The notes under the pieces: model-generated
Told to the model about the DNA's origin: nothing
Databases searched by the model: none
What the model saw: the letters and a program-made list of their open reading frames with translations, nothing else
Assembly (NCBI GenBank): GCA_964187785.1
Contig: OZ076409.1
Coordinates: forward strand, 67,892,001-67,956,000
Reading direction: 5' to 3'
Length of the DNA: 64,000 nt
Origin: Amphiscolops sp. MND2022
Lineage: Eukaryota
Position numbers and translations under genes: made by a program
In this document: piece after piece, positions 35,901 through 49,100 of the stretch
How positions within the stretch are numbered: position 1 is the stretch's first letter
Layout of the letters: each line of letters begins with the position of its first letter

Positions 35901-38900
35901 GTTGATATGATAGGGGAACGTTACATATCACTTGTGGTACAGAAATTATTCGGTTCATGGGTTAATCGAAACATAGCACAAACGGGTTCGAGTCGCTGCT
36001 TCAGTCAGAAACTTTTTCGTGCATTTGCGAAACCGGACAATTCCCTTTCGATTTTTTTCGGTTTTGCGAGACTTTTTTGTTTTGTAAAAGTTTTTCAATG
36101 TCTCCAAGGGCCCCCATTCATTTTTTGATCTTTTGAACATATCCCCCAACAAACTGGATTTCAAAAAAGCCCAAAGATTCCCTTGTGTTTTTTTTACAGT
36201 TTGCGGCATTGTGAGATTTTTAAAACGAAAATTTTTTGTCTTAAAATAAGTTTTTTTCAGGTATTTGAATTTTTTTAAAAGACCGGCGTTTTTTATGTGA
36301 CTTTTCCCAATTTGTTTTTATCGAAGCCACCCTTCCATTTTTACTAGAAACGAAACGTTTTGCGAGCATGGAGGTATCCTTGGGGTTTTCGGCACTATGC
36401 GACTTACCGGAGACCTTCATCAAAAAAGCTTTTTTCATCACTTTTTTGGTTTTTGAGAGGTTTTTAGTGGAGCAAAATTGGGTTTGTTTTCTCCTGTTGG
36501 GAAACGTAGTCCTTACTTCGGGTATTTTTCGGCTCTGTTTTTTCAAAACTTGTTGAACCCTGTGGAAGTACCCTGTGGGAGTATACCCCTTTGCAATACC
36601 ACGAAAACAGTGGAAAACTGTGTCAATTCTGCGTGAAACGGTCAAGAATTTGAACTTATCGTTTTCGGTTTTCCGGAGTTTTTTTGTGGAAAAAATATTA
36701 TTTTGAGTATACTAATCCTATAACCATTTTTCTCGAGTTATTTGGATATGTATAGCAACAACAATCAAAATTTGTAACAAAGTTGCTTAACCGTCCAAAA
36801 TTCTAATAACGTTTCTTTTCGCCCACTTTGAGGCTTTTGTCGTGTATCTAGACTAGAAGTTTTTCTAATGAAAATCTCCTGAAAAAACTAAATATCTTGT
36901 TACTGTCATGATGTACATGTCATCAGAAATTGTACCGATATCACATAAAATAGACAAAAGCAAAAGTTTGAAAATTATGATAACCTAAAATTCTGAAAAC
37001 TTGATACCAGTAGGTCAGCTTTCTGAGTTAAATCGACAATCGAAAAATAAATGATTTTCACATCATAATTTTTGCTCACCCGCCATTACCACGTAGCTGA
37101 GAAGCACCAGCAGAACCAAATTTGACACGACGTTCAGAATAAATGTAACAATTGGAGCTTTGTAGAAAAACTTGTATCGATCCGTAAACGAGATTTCATC
37201 TTGCGTATTATCCACTGTAGCTCCCAGAGATTCTTCGCTTTCCCGACCCACCAAAATGCTTTCATCTGTTGAGGTACTGAAACCAATGCTTGACTTTGAC
37301 GTAGCCCCTGGATTGTAGTTTTGATCTCTGGCTGATTCCAGACTACTTTCTCCTTGCTTCCGGACATTCTCCAAGTTACGTAATTCTTTCTTTACGTCAG
37401 ATTTGAACCAAATGCTGTAGACCAAGAACGGCGCCAGTGCTGCTAGAATAATTTTCCAGGTTGAATTTCTGTCACTAATTTTACCGAGCCAGACTTCTCG
37501 AACCAGAGTCTGGCATCCACTTTGAGCAATGAAAGATTTGGCGTCGGCTTTTTCAGCAAGATCCAAACAAGTTTTCTCACCCCAACAATCGTGTTGAACC
37601 TTCAACATTGTGTGAGAAGTTTTGCTATTTACAGCGTAGCATGTGTTGAGAATTCCAATTCCTTTCTCTTGGAAATCTTTCTGCATTGATTCAACCAAGT
37701 TTTGTAAGTTTATGTCAACTTTGACAGACGAAGATTCCAACATCGCTTTCGTCATTACCATGGCAAAAAGGGCTCCGGAGGTTTTGCTTAACATGTCTTC
37801 CCAGAAGTATACGCTCATGTCGTGTCGCATGAAAAGCAGGGAATAAACAAATAATTCGCGCTCAGGATCTTCAAATTGGTCCCAATTGACTTGAGAGTTC
37901 GGATCTTTCACCTGTTTCAAAACGGAACTACTACTGTTCACCAAAAGACCCAAAACTTGCCCCCTTTTGGAGGAACTTTTATTTGTTTGCTTTTGTTCCT
38001 TCGAGTAGTATCTGGCACAATACGGGACGTTTGCTTTCATCAGCAAAGCATTCTGGATATCATCCAGTGTTCGTTTTGACTTGCGCTCCTTCCCTTCAAA
38101 GGTTTCCAACGTTTCGAGTAGAAAATTGTTATTTGAAACTTGCATTGTATCGTAATAAAGTTCTTCCAGTCTGGATTTTGTCAGAAAACAAGCCAGAGGA
38201 ACTCGGTCTACAAACAGTTTCACAAAATCCAGTTTGTTGTCGACCAAAGCTTGTGCCAAAAATTCTTCTAGATCTCTAGAATCTAAATTTTTCTTGTTTT
38301 TGGCTATAACTTCTTCCGCCATGTCATCTCTGTTCCAGAGAAGCGATAGATGAAGTTGAGTCCTGACATCCAAACCACCCATCTCCAACAAAGTTTGCAA
38401 TATTGCCTTGTCGAGATCTCCGGCTGATTCGCCGTCTTCTTCGTCCAGTTTGAAAATCCGGATTTTACTAGTGTATTTTAGACATTCAATGAGCCAGTTA
38501 ACATTTTTCTCCAAAGCTGGACCTTTGAGCTTCAGAACACTTTCCGCTTTTGAGCTAATCAGGTTCTTCTTTTTTTCTTCGATATCAGATTTTTCATCTG
38601 GGCTCATAGTATCTGTGACTCGAAGTTTCTCTGCAATCTTCACCGCATATGCCAGAACATCGGCCCCTCTGCCCGAACCATCGATGATCACGCACGGGGT
38701 TTCATTCATCAAAGCGTGTCTCACTGTGTCTATTGTTCCAGGACCCCCTTCCACCATAACACAAACAATCGGAACCGGTGTCCCTTCCTTGGCAACTCCG
38801 TTCTCGCGAACCACACTCTCAAACTTACCCCTTAACCCTTGCTCCTTCCCAAACTGGTTTTTGGAGCCATCGTCGGCAAAAATGAAGTGGGTATGATTCG

Positions 38901-40124
38901 GGTCCAGTCCGGTTCCAATGAACGGTTTCTGATACTGTGCTTCAAAAACAGAACCTGAGGTCGTATCGTGGTCTTCAGGGGGAATGAGAGATTCTTTCCC
39001 TTTGATAGAGCCCCACGTTGCAATTCCAATTGTGACCACCTGGTGCCTTAAATATTGAAATTATTTTAATACGGTTGATTCCGATTGAACTTTATCGAGC
39101 TTCGGTCTAGACATTCTAGCAAGTTGTTTACCAACAAACTTGAATGATAAACGACATTTTGTATCCATTGTTGAATATAGTTTGATACAATACAGTTATA
39201 TAGAAGAGACTGTTATTTTACAATCCTTGTTCTTTCCTAACTTAGCTTTAGAATATGACTCATATTAGCCGGATAACTGGAATTTTTATAAGTTGATTTT
39301 TCTATACTATGCGGCGTATTTCTTAATTTTGTTTGCGCTATGAGATTTTTGTGAGTCAACGAACCTGTGTATTTGATACGAGTTTTCTCATTACACTATT
39401 GGTCAGAAGTTTTATTGAGCTTGGCTGCATAGTTCTTACTTCCACAATAGCCAAAATTGGCTCAAGCGAAAACTAATATCACTAACGCTGAATTTGTCGA
39501 CGAAGGCGAAGATGTTGACGTAAGCAGCTGATCTCTCACAGCCTCCCCACAAATCTTCATAATTCCCGCATTGGTACCCCCCGTGATCACCCAAGCGCCC
39601 TTTGTTGCTGCAACTCTTTGCAACCCTTGTCGCAATCTGTCATGGTCCTTCTTCTTCATTGCGAAATCAGCGGCTCCTCCTGTGACCGAAATAATCAGCG
39701 AAGGTTTCGACAACTTCCATCGCATGTGAAGCAGTTCCACCAGTTGATTGACATCAACGTCATCGTTTATCCTTATATATGGCGAGTTGCTATTCATTGT
39801 GTCTTGGTTTTTGAACCGAATATTCCCAAAACATCTCCATTTCGTTTTCTTCGTGCATGCTTTTGAATCCCATTTCTCAGCCCACGATTTTTTCTGGACT
39901 TCGACAGAATGCTCGTCCACAGGCAATCCACATTGACATGAATTGGTTCCCTTAACGTTGCAAATTTGGTCACACTCTTTTTCGTAGAAGTACTGCTCGT
40001 TGAGTCTCGTTTTGGCCAATGCTGCGAATTTCCTGGAAGCCTCCGGTCTCTGGTTTGCAAAGCGTAGGCCACCAGTATTAACTTCTGGATGCACCCGGTT
40101 TGAGTTTGATTGCCCGTTTTCCAT
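29910..40124 (-). CDS. TRPM-family cation channel, paralogue 1. Exons 40124-39487, 39046-37080, 34119-33907, 33581-33423, 33126-32745, 31664-31521, 31299-31184, 30934-30797, 30094-29910.
   Basis: MHR1/2 motifs (KPSLIISVTGGA, AWVITGGTNAGIMK, LDPNHTHFIFAD, VEGGPGT, DGSGRGADVLA), LLWNRDDMA, S4-S5 LGPKIVMI, S6 NVLLLNLLIAIFN, TRP box YWKFQ, LPPPF, C-terminal coiled coil. All introns are GT-AG with matching phases. Confidence 0.92.
30155..30636. mobile_element. Helentron/HINE-like repeat family B; near-identical copy at 63354-63858, related segments at ~2155-2310, ~4100-5620, ~46980-47070 and ~49400-51160
   Basis: Begins AACAAGACGCCCGC; subterminal ATTTTCCGCCC is inverted to GGGCGGAAAAT in a terminal hairpin (ATTTTCCTTTCCCATATGAAATATGGGCGGAAAAT); internal GGGGTCATTTT repeats. 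Confidence 0.55.
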
Positions 40125-42590
40125 CACGTCATTGATTCAAGCTCGAAGCTGGCTTTGGTCCAAAGAAGATGGAATAGTGAAAATAAATGATAGAAAACTG
40201 AATAATACTTTTTATCACTTCACTCCATTGACAAATATGCGTATTTCGCTCACAGCGCTATGTTATGTTCACAAACTAATATGAAATTTGAAACGAAAAA
40301 ACTTGAATCAAATCAATTCCAAAAACTTGTGTAACACGGAACTTTTAAATCAAGAGTATTGTTTAATTTTTGGTCAATGATAACTAATCAAGATAATTAA
40401 TTATTCAAGAGTACAATTGTATTGTTCAATTGTATAAAGTTTAATAACATTAACAAACGCCATCATAACAGTCAATTTCCAATTGAAGCTGTACAGTCTT
40501 GTTTTGGTCCGTCTTGTTCAACACGATTACCGTTTCATGGAAACGTTTTATTGAAAATCGTCATGGAATTGTTAAAAAAATTGTATATTAAATAATATGA
40601 TACAGCTAAACATGGAGTGAAATGGTACCTAATGACTAATTACGTGTTAAAGAAATATCTGCCATGTTTTATGTTCAAAATGAGGCTCTCTTGGTAGGTA
40701 AATTACTGAGTTCTTCACATGCGGTCACAATAACGCACGCACCGGTTTGAACAAAGCGTGAAAATTTGTGCAGTAGCAATCTAAATTCTTGTTGTGAAAG
40801 TGCCACATCCAAAAATGCACAGAGCCACAGAATAGAGAAGACACATCAGACCAAAACGAGTCTCATACAAAACACCTGGCTTCAATTTTTTGCCAATCAA
40901 ACAATTTTTGTTCACGGTCTAACTGCTACGTCATATAATTCATACCATCATACCATCTTGAATGACGCAGTTTGTATGCCAACGTTACATTATTAAGTAC
41001 CAATCTCAAGCTTAAAGGTTGATGCTGTGCAAACTAAATACGAAAAAAAAATGAAACTTTACGATGTTAGAAATTCTCATGTTGTCAGGTTTTTGATTCA
41101 ATATTCATTGAAAAACTTGTTTTGAACTTTTCTAAATCAATTTTCATCTAGACGTTGAAAAGTAATTTATAGCTGCGAAAAGTGAGTTTTTGGCTGTTAC
41201 ATTTTTTTCTCAAACCTTCTCTTTATCGAAATAACCTAGACCACTGGAACTTTTCACATGCTGCAGATCTGCATGCAGGGTAATTTTTCAGAAAACATAG
41301 AATTTTCACAAAGTTCCGGGTGCTTAATCTCAATTAAGTAAAGAATATTTTCCACTTCGTTACTGACGCGATCACATTGGATTCAAACATTGATTTCTCA
41401 ACTTCTCATCTGATGTAATAACCACTTCTCAAATAGCACACTGGAGAAAATCTAGTTTGCAGTTTACATTGTGGATTAAATCAATTCGCATTAAAATGAC
41501 AGTAAAATTGATCAAATCTTAGGTGCATTAAGGAAACTGGTCCCTAATGAAACTTCAAGGCTCTGAATTGCTCCGAAATTTATGATACTTCTTTCAAACA
41601 GCTTGACAAAAACCAAATACTACAGTGAAATATTTTCATATAAAGTTTCCCTATGAATTTTAGAAAATCATAAGAAAGGTTGTGTGGAAACATTAAAGAA
41701 CATGCAAAAAATTCAAGCTATTTCAATAAGGCTGCTCTTAAAAATGTTTTTTTTTTCAATTGGATCAGTTGAATACAATAAGGCATGTTATCATTTCAAA
41801 AAAACTCGGAATATTGCAACCTAAAATTGTCTGTTCATTGTGATGTACCCGAATAAGTTTAGTGGTTGTTTGTGACAATCCACGTATTGCGCACATTTGA
41901 GCATCGGTCTGGCAAATATGAGGTTTTGTTTCGGAACTCTTTCTGATGTCAGCTTGTGTGAAGATAATAATCGGTATTGCCGAATCTACCATTGTTTTAA
42001 ATGGAATACTGTTCATCATCGCTGTCAATAGGAATGGTGGGGATCCGTCTCTCCAAAAATGAAAGACAGTTGTAACCCTTTCTGACCTTCCTGTTGTCTG
42101 CCTCACAATCTGGAGACCCAAACGCGTCTTCTTCAGGTCCGAAGCGTTTGCTTCTAGCACATTCCAGCGTAGTGGACAATACTTTCTATTTTTAATCGCC
42201 TCTTTTCGTAAGAGAAAATTACCCAACTATTGCAGTGACTAGTTTTTTTTCTTTAGACTCTAGATTCCCACTGTAATGAAGATTTTTTGTTAGGTTGGGT
42301 CAAGGAAACGCATATCAATTGGTGTAAATGTTCCTCCCCCTCATGTTCCCCATTTTTAATGTACAAATACAAAAACAAATTTTTATTGTACATACAAAAC
42401 CGGACGAGACAAAAGTCTCTCGTTTCGTTTTTTTTTGGCAATGTGAGATTTTTTTTGAAAACTTTCAAATGTCATCAAAGGGTTTCACGTTCAATTTGTT
42501 GATAATTGGCAACAAATTGGATGTTTGAAAAACTCAGAGAGCCCACTTATACATTTTGGTAACTGTGAGACTCTTTCAAAAGTGTCATTT

Positions 42591-42790
42591 NNNNNNNNNN
42601 NNNNNNNNNNNNNNNNNNNNNNNNNNNNNNNNNNNNNNNNNNNNNNNNNNNNNNNNNNNNNNNNNNNNNNNNNNNNNNNNNNNNNNNNNNNNNNNNNNNN
42701 NNNNNNNNNNNNNNNNNNNNNNNNNNNNNNNNNNNNNNNNNNNNNNNNNNNNNNNNNNNNNNNNNNNNNNNNNNNNNNNNNNNNNNNNNN
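42591..42790. other. Assembly gap (200 N)
   Basis: Run of N; the sequence just after it (42791-42850) is repeated at ~43106-43165. Confidence 1.
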
Positions 42791-43474
42791 TCTCGGAGTT
42801 ATGTCTGCATGGAAGCAGCATCCCAGCATATTAGGCTAGGGAGGCTCTAGCTGTAATCGAATGTTCTACTGTTAAAACCTACAATTGTAATTTCATGAAG
42901 CAATCTATACATCACAATCTCTTATGTATCTAATGGTAACAAATCTAATCAACATGTGACAGGCATTTAGAGTCTGTTGGTAAATAGGGCCATGTCTCTC
43001 TGTCCGGGTCCGCATGTGCTGTGGTACAGTTGAAGGTCAGGTTGGCAGTTGGCTGCGTACGCCACAGCTGAAATGTAATGCAACAACGTTTCTTTCAAGC
43101 AGGCTCTCGGAGTTATGTCTGCATGAAAGCAGCTTCCCAGCATATTGAGCTAGGGAGGCTCTAGTGTGAATCCAGTGTACATTAAATGCATGCCAAGGAA
43201 AAGGTTCAAATCTTGAACAAAAATTCAAAAAGTTTAAAACCTTACGCTCTTATTGCTTTATTTAGTGATTTTAAAAAGAAAACATGTGATAAATTTGACC
43301 AATTTCACAATTTTAGCACTTGTTTATTCAAGTTTTGTTTCGAACGTTGTGTTCAACTTCTGTGGAAGATATTTGGTGAAAAACGCTGGATAAGAGAAAT
43401 ATTTTTCCTTCTTATATATGGAGTATGGGGGAAAATAAAACAGTAATAGGCAAAGTGTGGTTTTTACCTTGACG

Positions 43475-46180
43475 CTAGAAATTGTAGTCCCGTAATACAT
43501 AAAGATGTCTCGTTCTCAACAGATTGTCCAACTTCAAAAACAGATTTTTTGCACCAATGTCATCAACCAGAAATTTCACAGATGGCCAATAATCTTCTGA
43601 GTATTCCCGCTTGAAGAAATTCTTGTGCTCTCGATTCAAGAACGAACAAAATGTTCTTTCCAAACTTTCAACTTCGTCGACTTCTAAAAAATTCCAAATT
43701 CTGAGCAATTGTGGCAGTAAATTATCCTGAAGATCTTCGTAAGATAGAATCAAGATTCTTGTGTTCGCGTTGATCAGTTCGAGATACAAGCGATGCCATT
43801 CCACGAGCATTCGTTTAGCCAGAGTTCTGAACTTCGTGCCGTACGTGCTGTTGAAAGCTATGACATCGCCTACATCAACTGACTTTTCGTGAGTCGAAGT
43901 TTCTCGGCGATTGAACTCGGAAATGAGGCTTCTGATTGGATGGCGAATGATGGTGATTATCTTCTTAGCGTTAAGTTGCTCGAATGGGCGACCTGAAAAT
44001 TTGAATACTTTCCTTTTCTGTTCCCTTGATTGCAGTCCATGATATCTGACATCATTGGAACCTTTGTTACCAAGTTTCGAAAAACTTTTGTCAAAAAATC
44101 AGAGATATGTGCTTATAAACACTTTTACATGTATGCATATCTTTAAGTGTCAAATTGACCAGTGGTAAATTTCTCATTAGCAGGAATTTTACATCAAGTA
44201 CTAAAAGCACACACTAAGTTTGTGACGTACCATTCGAACGATGCTATAACTTCCTTCAAGTTCATGACACTGAAATTTCATTTACCCCGACTAAATTGTT
44301 TCGAAAGGAAAAATTGTTAGCCTCAAACTTTTCTCAGTAGCCTCAGTAGAAAAATAAAAATGAACTTATACACTGACCTGCATGTGTAAGAGATTTGTTA
44401 TGATAATTATGACTCTTTATCACAAAAGTCCTCAAGAACTTCCGATCCCAATGCTCGAACTTCAACATGTCCCCAAAAAGTCCAGTATCTACTTTTAGCT
44501 TGTCCGCGTACACACTGCCGGAGAATATGCCAGAAATCTCCTCTATGAAAAGTCTGGTCCAAGTGTTGCCAGACCCTGCCACGGAAATGAAGGGTATGAA
44601 CGGGTAGTCTTGGGAATCGTGGGAGTTGAGCAGACGCAGATTTTGGCAGATTGAAACCCCGTAGTCTGTGATTGATTGCTTGGTCACAGAACTGGAAGCA
44701 GTCTCCGTTTTTAGACAAGGAATTTGGGACCTGAAAACTTTTCATCATTTGTCGCTCTAGACAACTCATCTTGACCTTTTTACATGTAGCATGCGTGCTT
44801 GGAGGATAACTTTTTAAAATAAAAATTTCGAAGATGCATGCATGTAAGAATTTCATTTAACTTCCCTGATTCTTGCAAAAACATGACTGGATTCCCTTAC
44901 GCTCTGAAAAAAAAACACTATAGCTATACTTGCTACAGTAAACCCGTTAATGGTGACTTATTCAAGCTCAATAAGTTGTCCATAAGTCTGACAAATTTTT
45001 TGCTTAAAATACCGCCAGGCTTTTTATCAAAACGGTCTTCAGTTTTGAGATGAATGGATTCAAAAATTGGCAATTGTCATATGAAATACGCCTGATCTTC
45101 GCTTCGTTTCAGAAAATTTAAATAAAAACTTTCTGCAAAATACCCAAAAAACGTGGAGCTTTGTTCTGCTTTCGAGACATTCCAAAATCTACACGACAGG
45201 AAATAACAAAAAATCGACCATTGGGCATTCTTGCTGTCATTGCGAGCACCTAACAAGAATAAGTCCCATTGTACAAACTTTCTGGTTTAAAGTGAGGATT
45301 CTTAGTTAAGATTTTACTTGCTCCAACCCTTTTCCCTTATTAAGTGACTGATTGTTTCTGAAATGTGTGCAACCAAAATACCAATTAGTTAAACAGTTAT
45401 CTATTAGATAAGAAGCACTGTCAGAAAACTTCAGAACTAATAAATTTACCTGAAAATATTGCGAAACGTGGTTGAGCAACTGCAATTGGAAAGGTCACCC
45501 AACTTCTGGTGAAACGATAACACAAAGCTCTGCTTGCTACAAAAAGTGTTGCATACTTCCTCGGAAAGGATTCGGGTCTCGGCTTTAACTGATTCGTGAA
45601 TCTCGATATCATCCGTCTTCGCACACTTCAGTCTGAGCGATGTTGAAACATTGGGTCTTAGGGTTTCGACATTCACTCCAGTCGAGAGGTAGGGCTGGAT
45701 TCTGTAGGAATGATAAGCACTCTTCAAGCTACAATCCCCAATCTCCGAATCCGAAAGTGAACCGTCTCCGATTTTTGAACAAACACATTGAACCCTGGAG
45801 TAAGCTTCACCGCGGATCAAAATTTTTTGGGCAAAACGCCCCAAACAGAAAAAGACGCAATCGTTCAAGTCGGTATTAATGTAAACAATTTTCTCTTCGT
45901 TTAGAACTCTGCATCCTTCGTGAAAAAATTGTGCCAACAGTTCCGCCGGTATTGAAGTAAATATTTGTTCATAATTGTAAATTTTACCATTTTTTATAAT
46001 CCCAGATTGATTTTTTGTTTTCGAGTTGGATTTCCAGGAAAAAGAAGAACCAGTTTGAAAGCAGTTAACGTTCGATCGGTAAAGACAGAAACAGAAAGAG
46101 TACAAGAAAATTGCGAGAGTAAATGCGAATGCCAAAAGCATTGTCACCCTCGAGTTGTACCTTAGTTTTTTGAAAACCAT
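43475..46180 (-). CDS. WSC-domain-containing sulfotransferase (WSCD-like), type II membrane protein; exons 46180-45450, 44730-44378, 43992-43475
   Basis: N-terminal TM; Cys-rich WSC-like segments; 5'-PSB loop SVAGSGNTWTR followed by SGIFSGSVY; VIKSH; 3'-PB IIRHPIRSLISEFNR; LSYEDL. Intron phases match. Confidence 0.85.
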
Positions 46181-49100
46181 TTTTGTATTACCTGGCGATG
46201 GTAAATAAGGACAAACTTTTTAGAGTGAGAAGCTATTAAATTATGTAAATTAGGCAGATGTTTATGCTGCAATTATAATGAAATTATGGCTACGAAGACC
46301 TTGCTTGTATTACAGTAATAAGATTAGATGTAAAATATGCCGGAGCTAAATTTTCGAGTGCTGGCTAGCAACAAAATAAGTGGCATTGCTTTTTCTCAAA
46401 TTATTTATTTTCTCGAACTTTCAGAACCAAAATTGGGATGCGCTTTGCTTTTCGCACATTCATAAGATGCAACGGTTTCCGCAGGTGTATTTTTTGCATG
46501 GCAGAACAGGAAAATTTGGAACAAAAAAGTTTTGAATTTTTTATGTGTACTGCGCAAAATCAATCTTCAGAACTCAAACAACTTTGAAGTAGCCACTTTT
46601 CGGGAAACAACACACACAGCTGTTGTATTATACATCAGTGCTATGATTCGGTTTGAAAATTTCACCAAAAAATCACACATTCCAAAAACATTAACAATTA
46701 CGAAATGCCAGTGAAATAAATACGATAACTTTTTAATACTTCTTAAAAATTACTCAGCCAAAGGACTAAAAACAATATTGTATCAAATTTAAAGTGCACT
46801 GGCTATCAAAACAATGGCTGAATAATTTTATTTCTCAATTTTAAAATTTTTCCAACCGAAGGAGTTACAAACTTATCGTATGTCTTGCTCGTTTGAGTAT
46901 TGATGTCAGTGTTGACACACGTGATTTTTATATTGATAATCAAATTATAAACTTTTGATTCACTGAGGTTTTCTTTTTATCCAACAAGATTCCAGCTGAG
47001 CAGCGGGATAATTTCCGCCAGAACTATTTTAGCAACGATAATTTGTTAGGGTTCGCGCTTAGCCAATAAATTACCAAATAGCAAAACCAAATTGAAAAGA
47101 ACGAAAAGTTTGACACTTCTTAGTTCAATTTATTTTAAAAACTTAACTTTCCTCTATACAATATTGAGACAGGTAGCCAATCGTTCCATTGTTGAGCTCT
47201 GTGGGTACTCATGCCTTCAAATACATCCATAAAGTTTAAATCAACCGCATAAAACAGTCAATTGTCAAGAAAACCCAATTCTCAAAATCTGAGGGGTAAC
47301 AACTGAATTGGAAAATCTGCTTTCCGAAAATTTTCCATTTGCCTTAAACTATCTCCCACAGCAGATCTACGACACGATCAGTGAGTTCAAACGTTCGAGC
47401 AACTGCCAGATTGGAGCTGTGATTTCGAAATGATCAGCTCGATGTCCTAAAGGTCTGATTACTTTTCAGTTGGTTTTCTTTGCTGATTGCGTTTTTTCTC
47501 AAGACCATGTCACTGAGCAAGGGAAGCAAAACATGTTCGAAAACCCAACCATTGTGAGCTGACAGAAATTCGAACATCAATTAGGCACCAACACAGCTCG
47601 AATAACCTAACTACTACAGAAAGATACCAAAACTTTCAATATAATTTTCATTACTTTTTTACACAATTCTTGAAAAAACTCTTTTTTGAAAAAACCTGCG
47701 GGAGGGTAAGCTGATTGACCCTTCTTTGAGCTCTGCAGATTGTCGAACACACAAAAACTTCCATCAATCGTGTTGCAACAAAATGTTCGGAACAAGTTGA
47801 TTTGATTGTTTTTTGGAAATTCTTGTGTAAATGTTAATCGTCGTAGAGTGGATTATTAACAAGCCGGCCAAATTCTGGGCTCAAAAAGCGCAAAGTTCTT
47901 AAAATTGTAAAAGGGGGACCCTTTGGGCTTTTAGAAATTCCAGTTTGTTGTGATATGAAAAACAAAACTGAAAAAAAAAACAAACTGAAAAGTGGTCACT
48001 TTGGAGACATAAAAAAACTTTCGAAAAAAATCAAACTTGAGAATTTTGAACAGTGGCACTGTGCCCAAAAATGTAAAAAGTAATCCCTTTTGGATTTTTT
48101 AACATCCCTTTTGATGCAAATTATCGAAACAATTGAAGGGGGAATCTTTAGTGAATTCCAAAAATTGTCGAAAGAAAAGCCGCATAGTGCCGAAAAAACT
48201 AAGTGAAATACATCGAAATAGCCAAGGGGGATCCTTAGTCCTTTGTATGAATTCGAGGTTCTGGACATCAGTTTGTTTTTTTTTGTTTTCGAAAAGGTTC
48301 TGAGGATTCGAGTGTTTTGAACCTCCGTAAGTTGTTGAACAAATAAACAACAAAGTGGACCATATGCGTCTAAAAAAAACTACCCACTGTAAGAGTCGGG
48401 CACTTTTCTTCAAAAGCGCCGATTAAAAAAATATTTTCTGAAGGCAATAATTCAAAACCGTCTCCAGTTATTCTCCCATATAAAGAGTTGAAGCGACGAC
48501 AACTGTAAACATATTGTGCATTTGTTATTTCATTGACATCTACACTTTTAGACTTATTTAGTCAATTTGGCATAGATTTATATAGATACGAACTTCTTAT
48601 AAGCAAATGCTGTACTTTACAATTTAATTTGGTACTTTTGTAAAATGTAACTAGATAGGAAACAACCGTCTCCTCAAAACTAAGGCTACTGGACACCGAG
48701 TTTAGTTGTTGTTGATTGTTCACACCATTCTAACCCACGGAAAAGCTCGAAACAATTTCTTTTGGAAGGTGTACTCCATATCTAGTGATTTTGCTTGGAG
48801 CTTATTGAATATTAAATGTACAAATAAGGTCAAAATTTTGTTTCCGAGAAACACTTTGAACATTGTCCAGATAAAACTGTCTGATATCTTTTCGAAACAC
48901 TACCGGTAGCAACACGTTTCAATCCTGAGCATATGGTATTTCTTATTGAAGTAAATTTTTGGAAAAGGTGTAAAATTGGGACTATCATCTCAAAAAGTAG
49001 AAAAGTTCGAAAAATTTGACACCTTTGTTGTACAATCAAGGAACTTCATACCCCTTTTTTCCCAAATTGCAATTTGTATACCCTATTGTTTCAACGCTCA

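Noticed and set aside
41765..42226. 153-aa minus-strand ORF
   Set aside because: No recognisable motif or splice context; possibly a decayed element, but unsupported.
42491..42839. ORFs spanning the N run
   Set aside because: Artefacts of the assembly gap.
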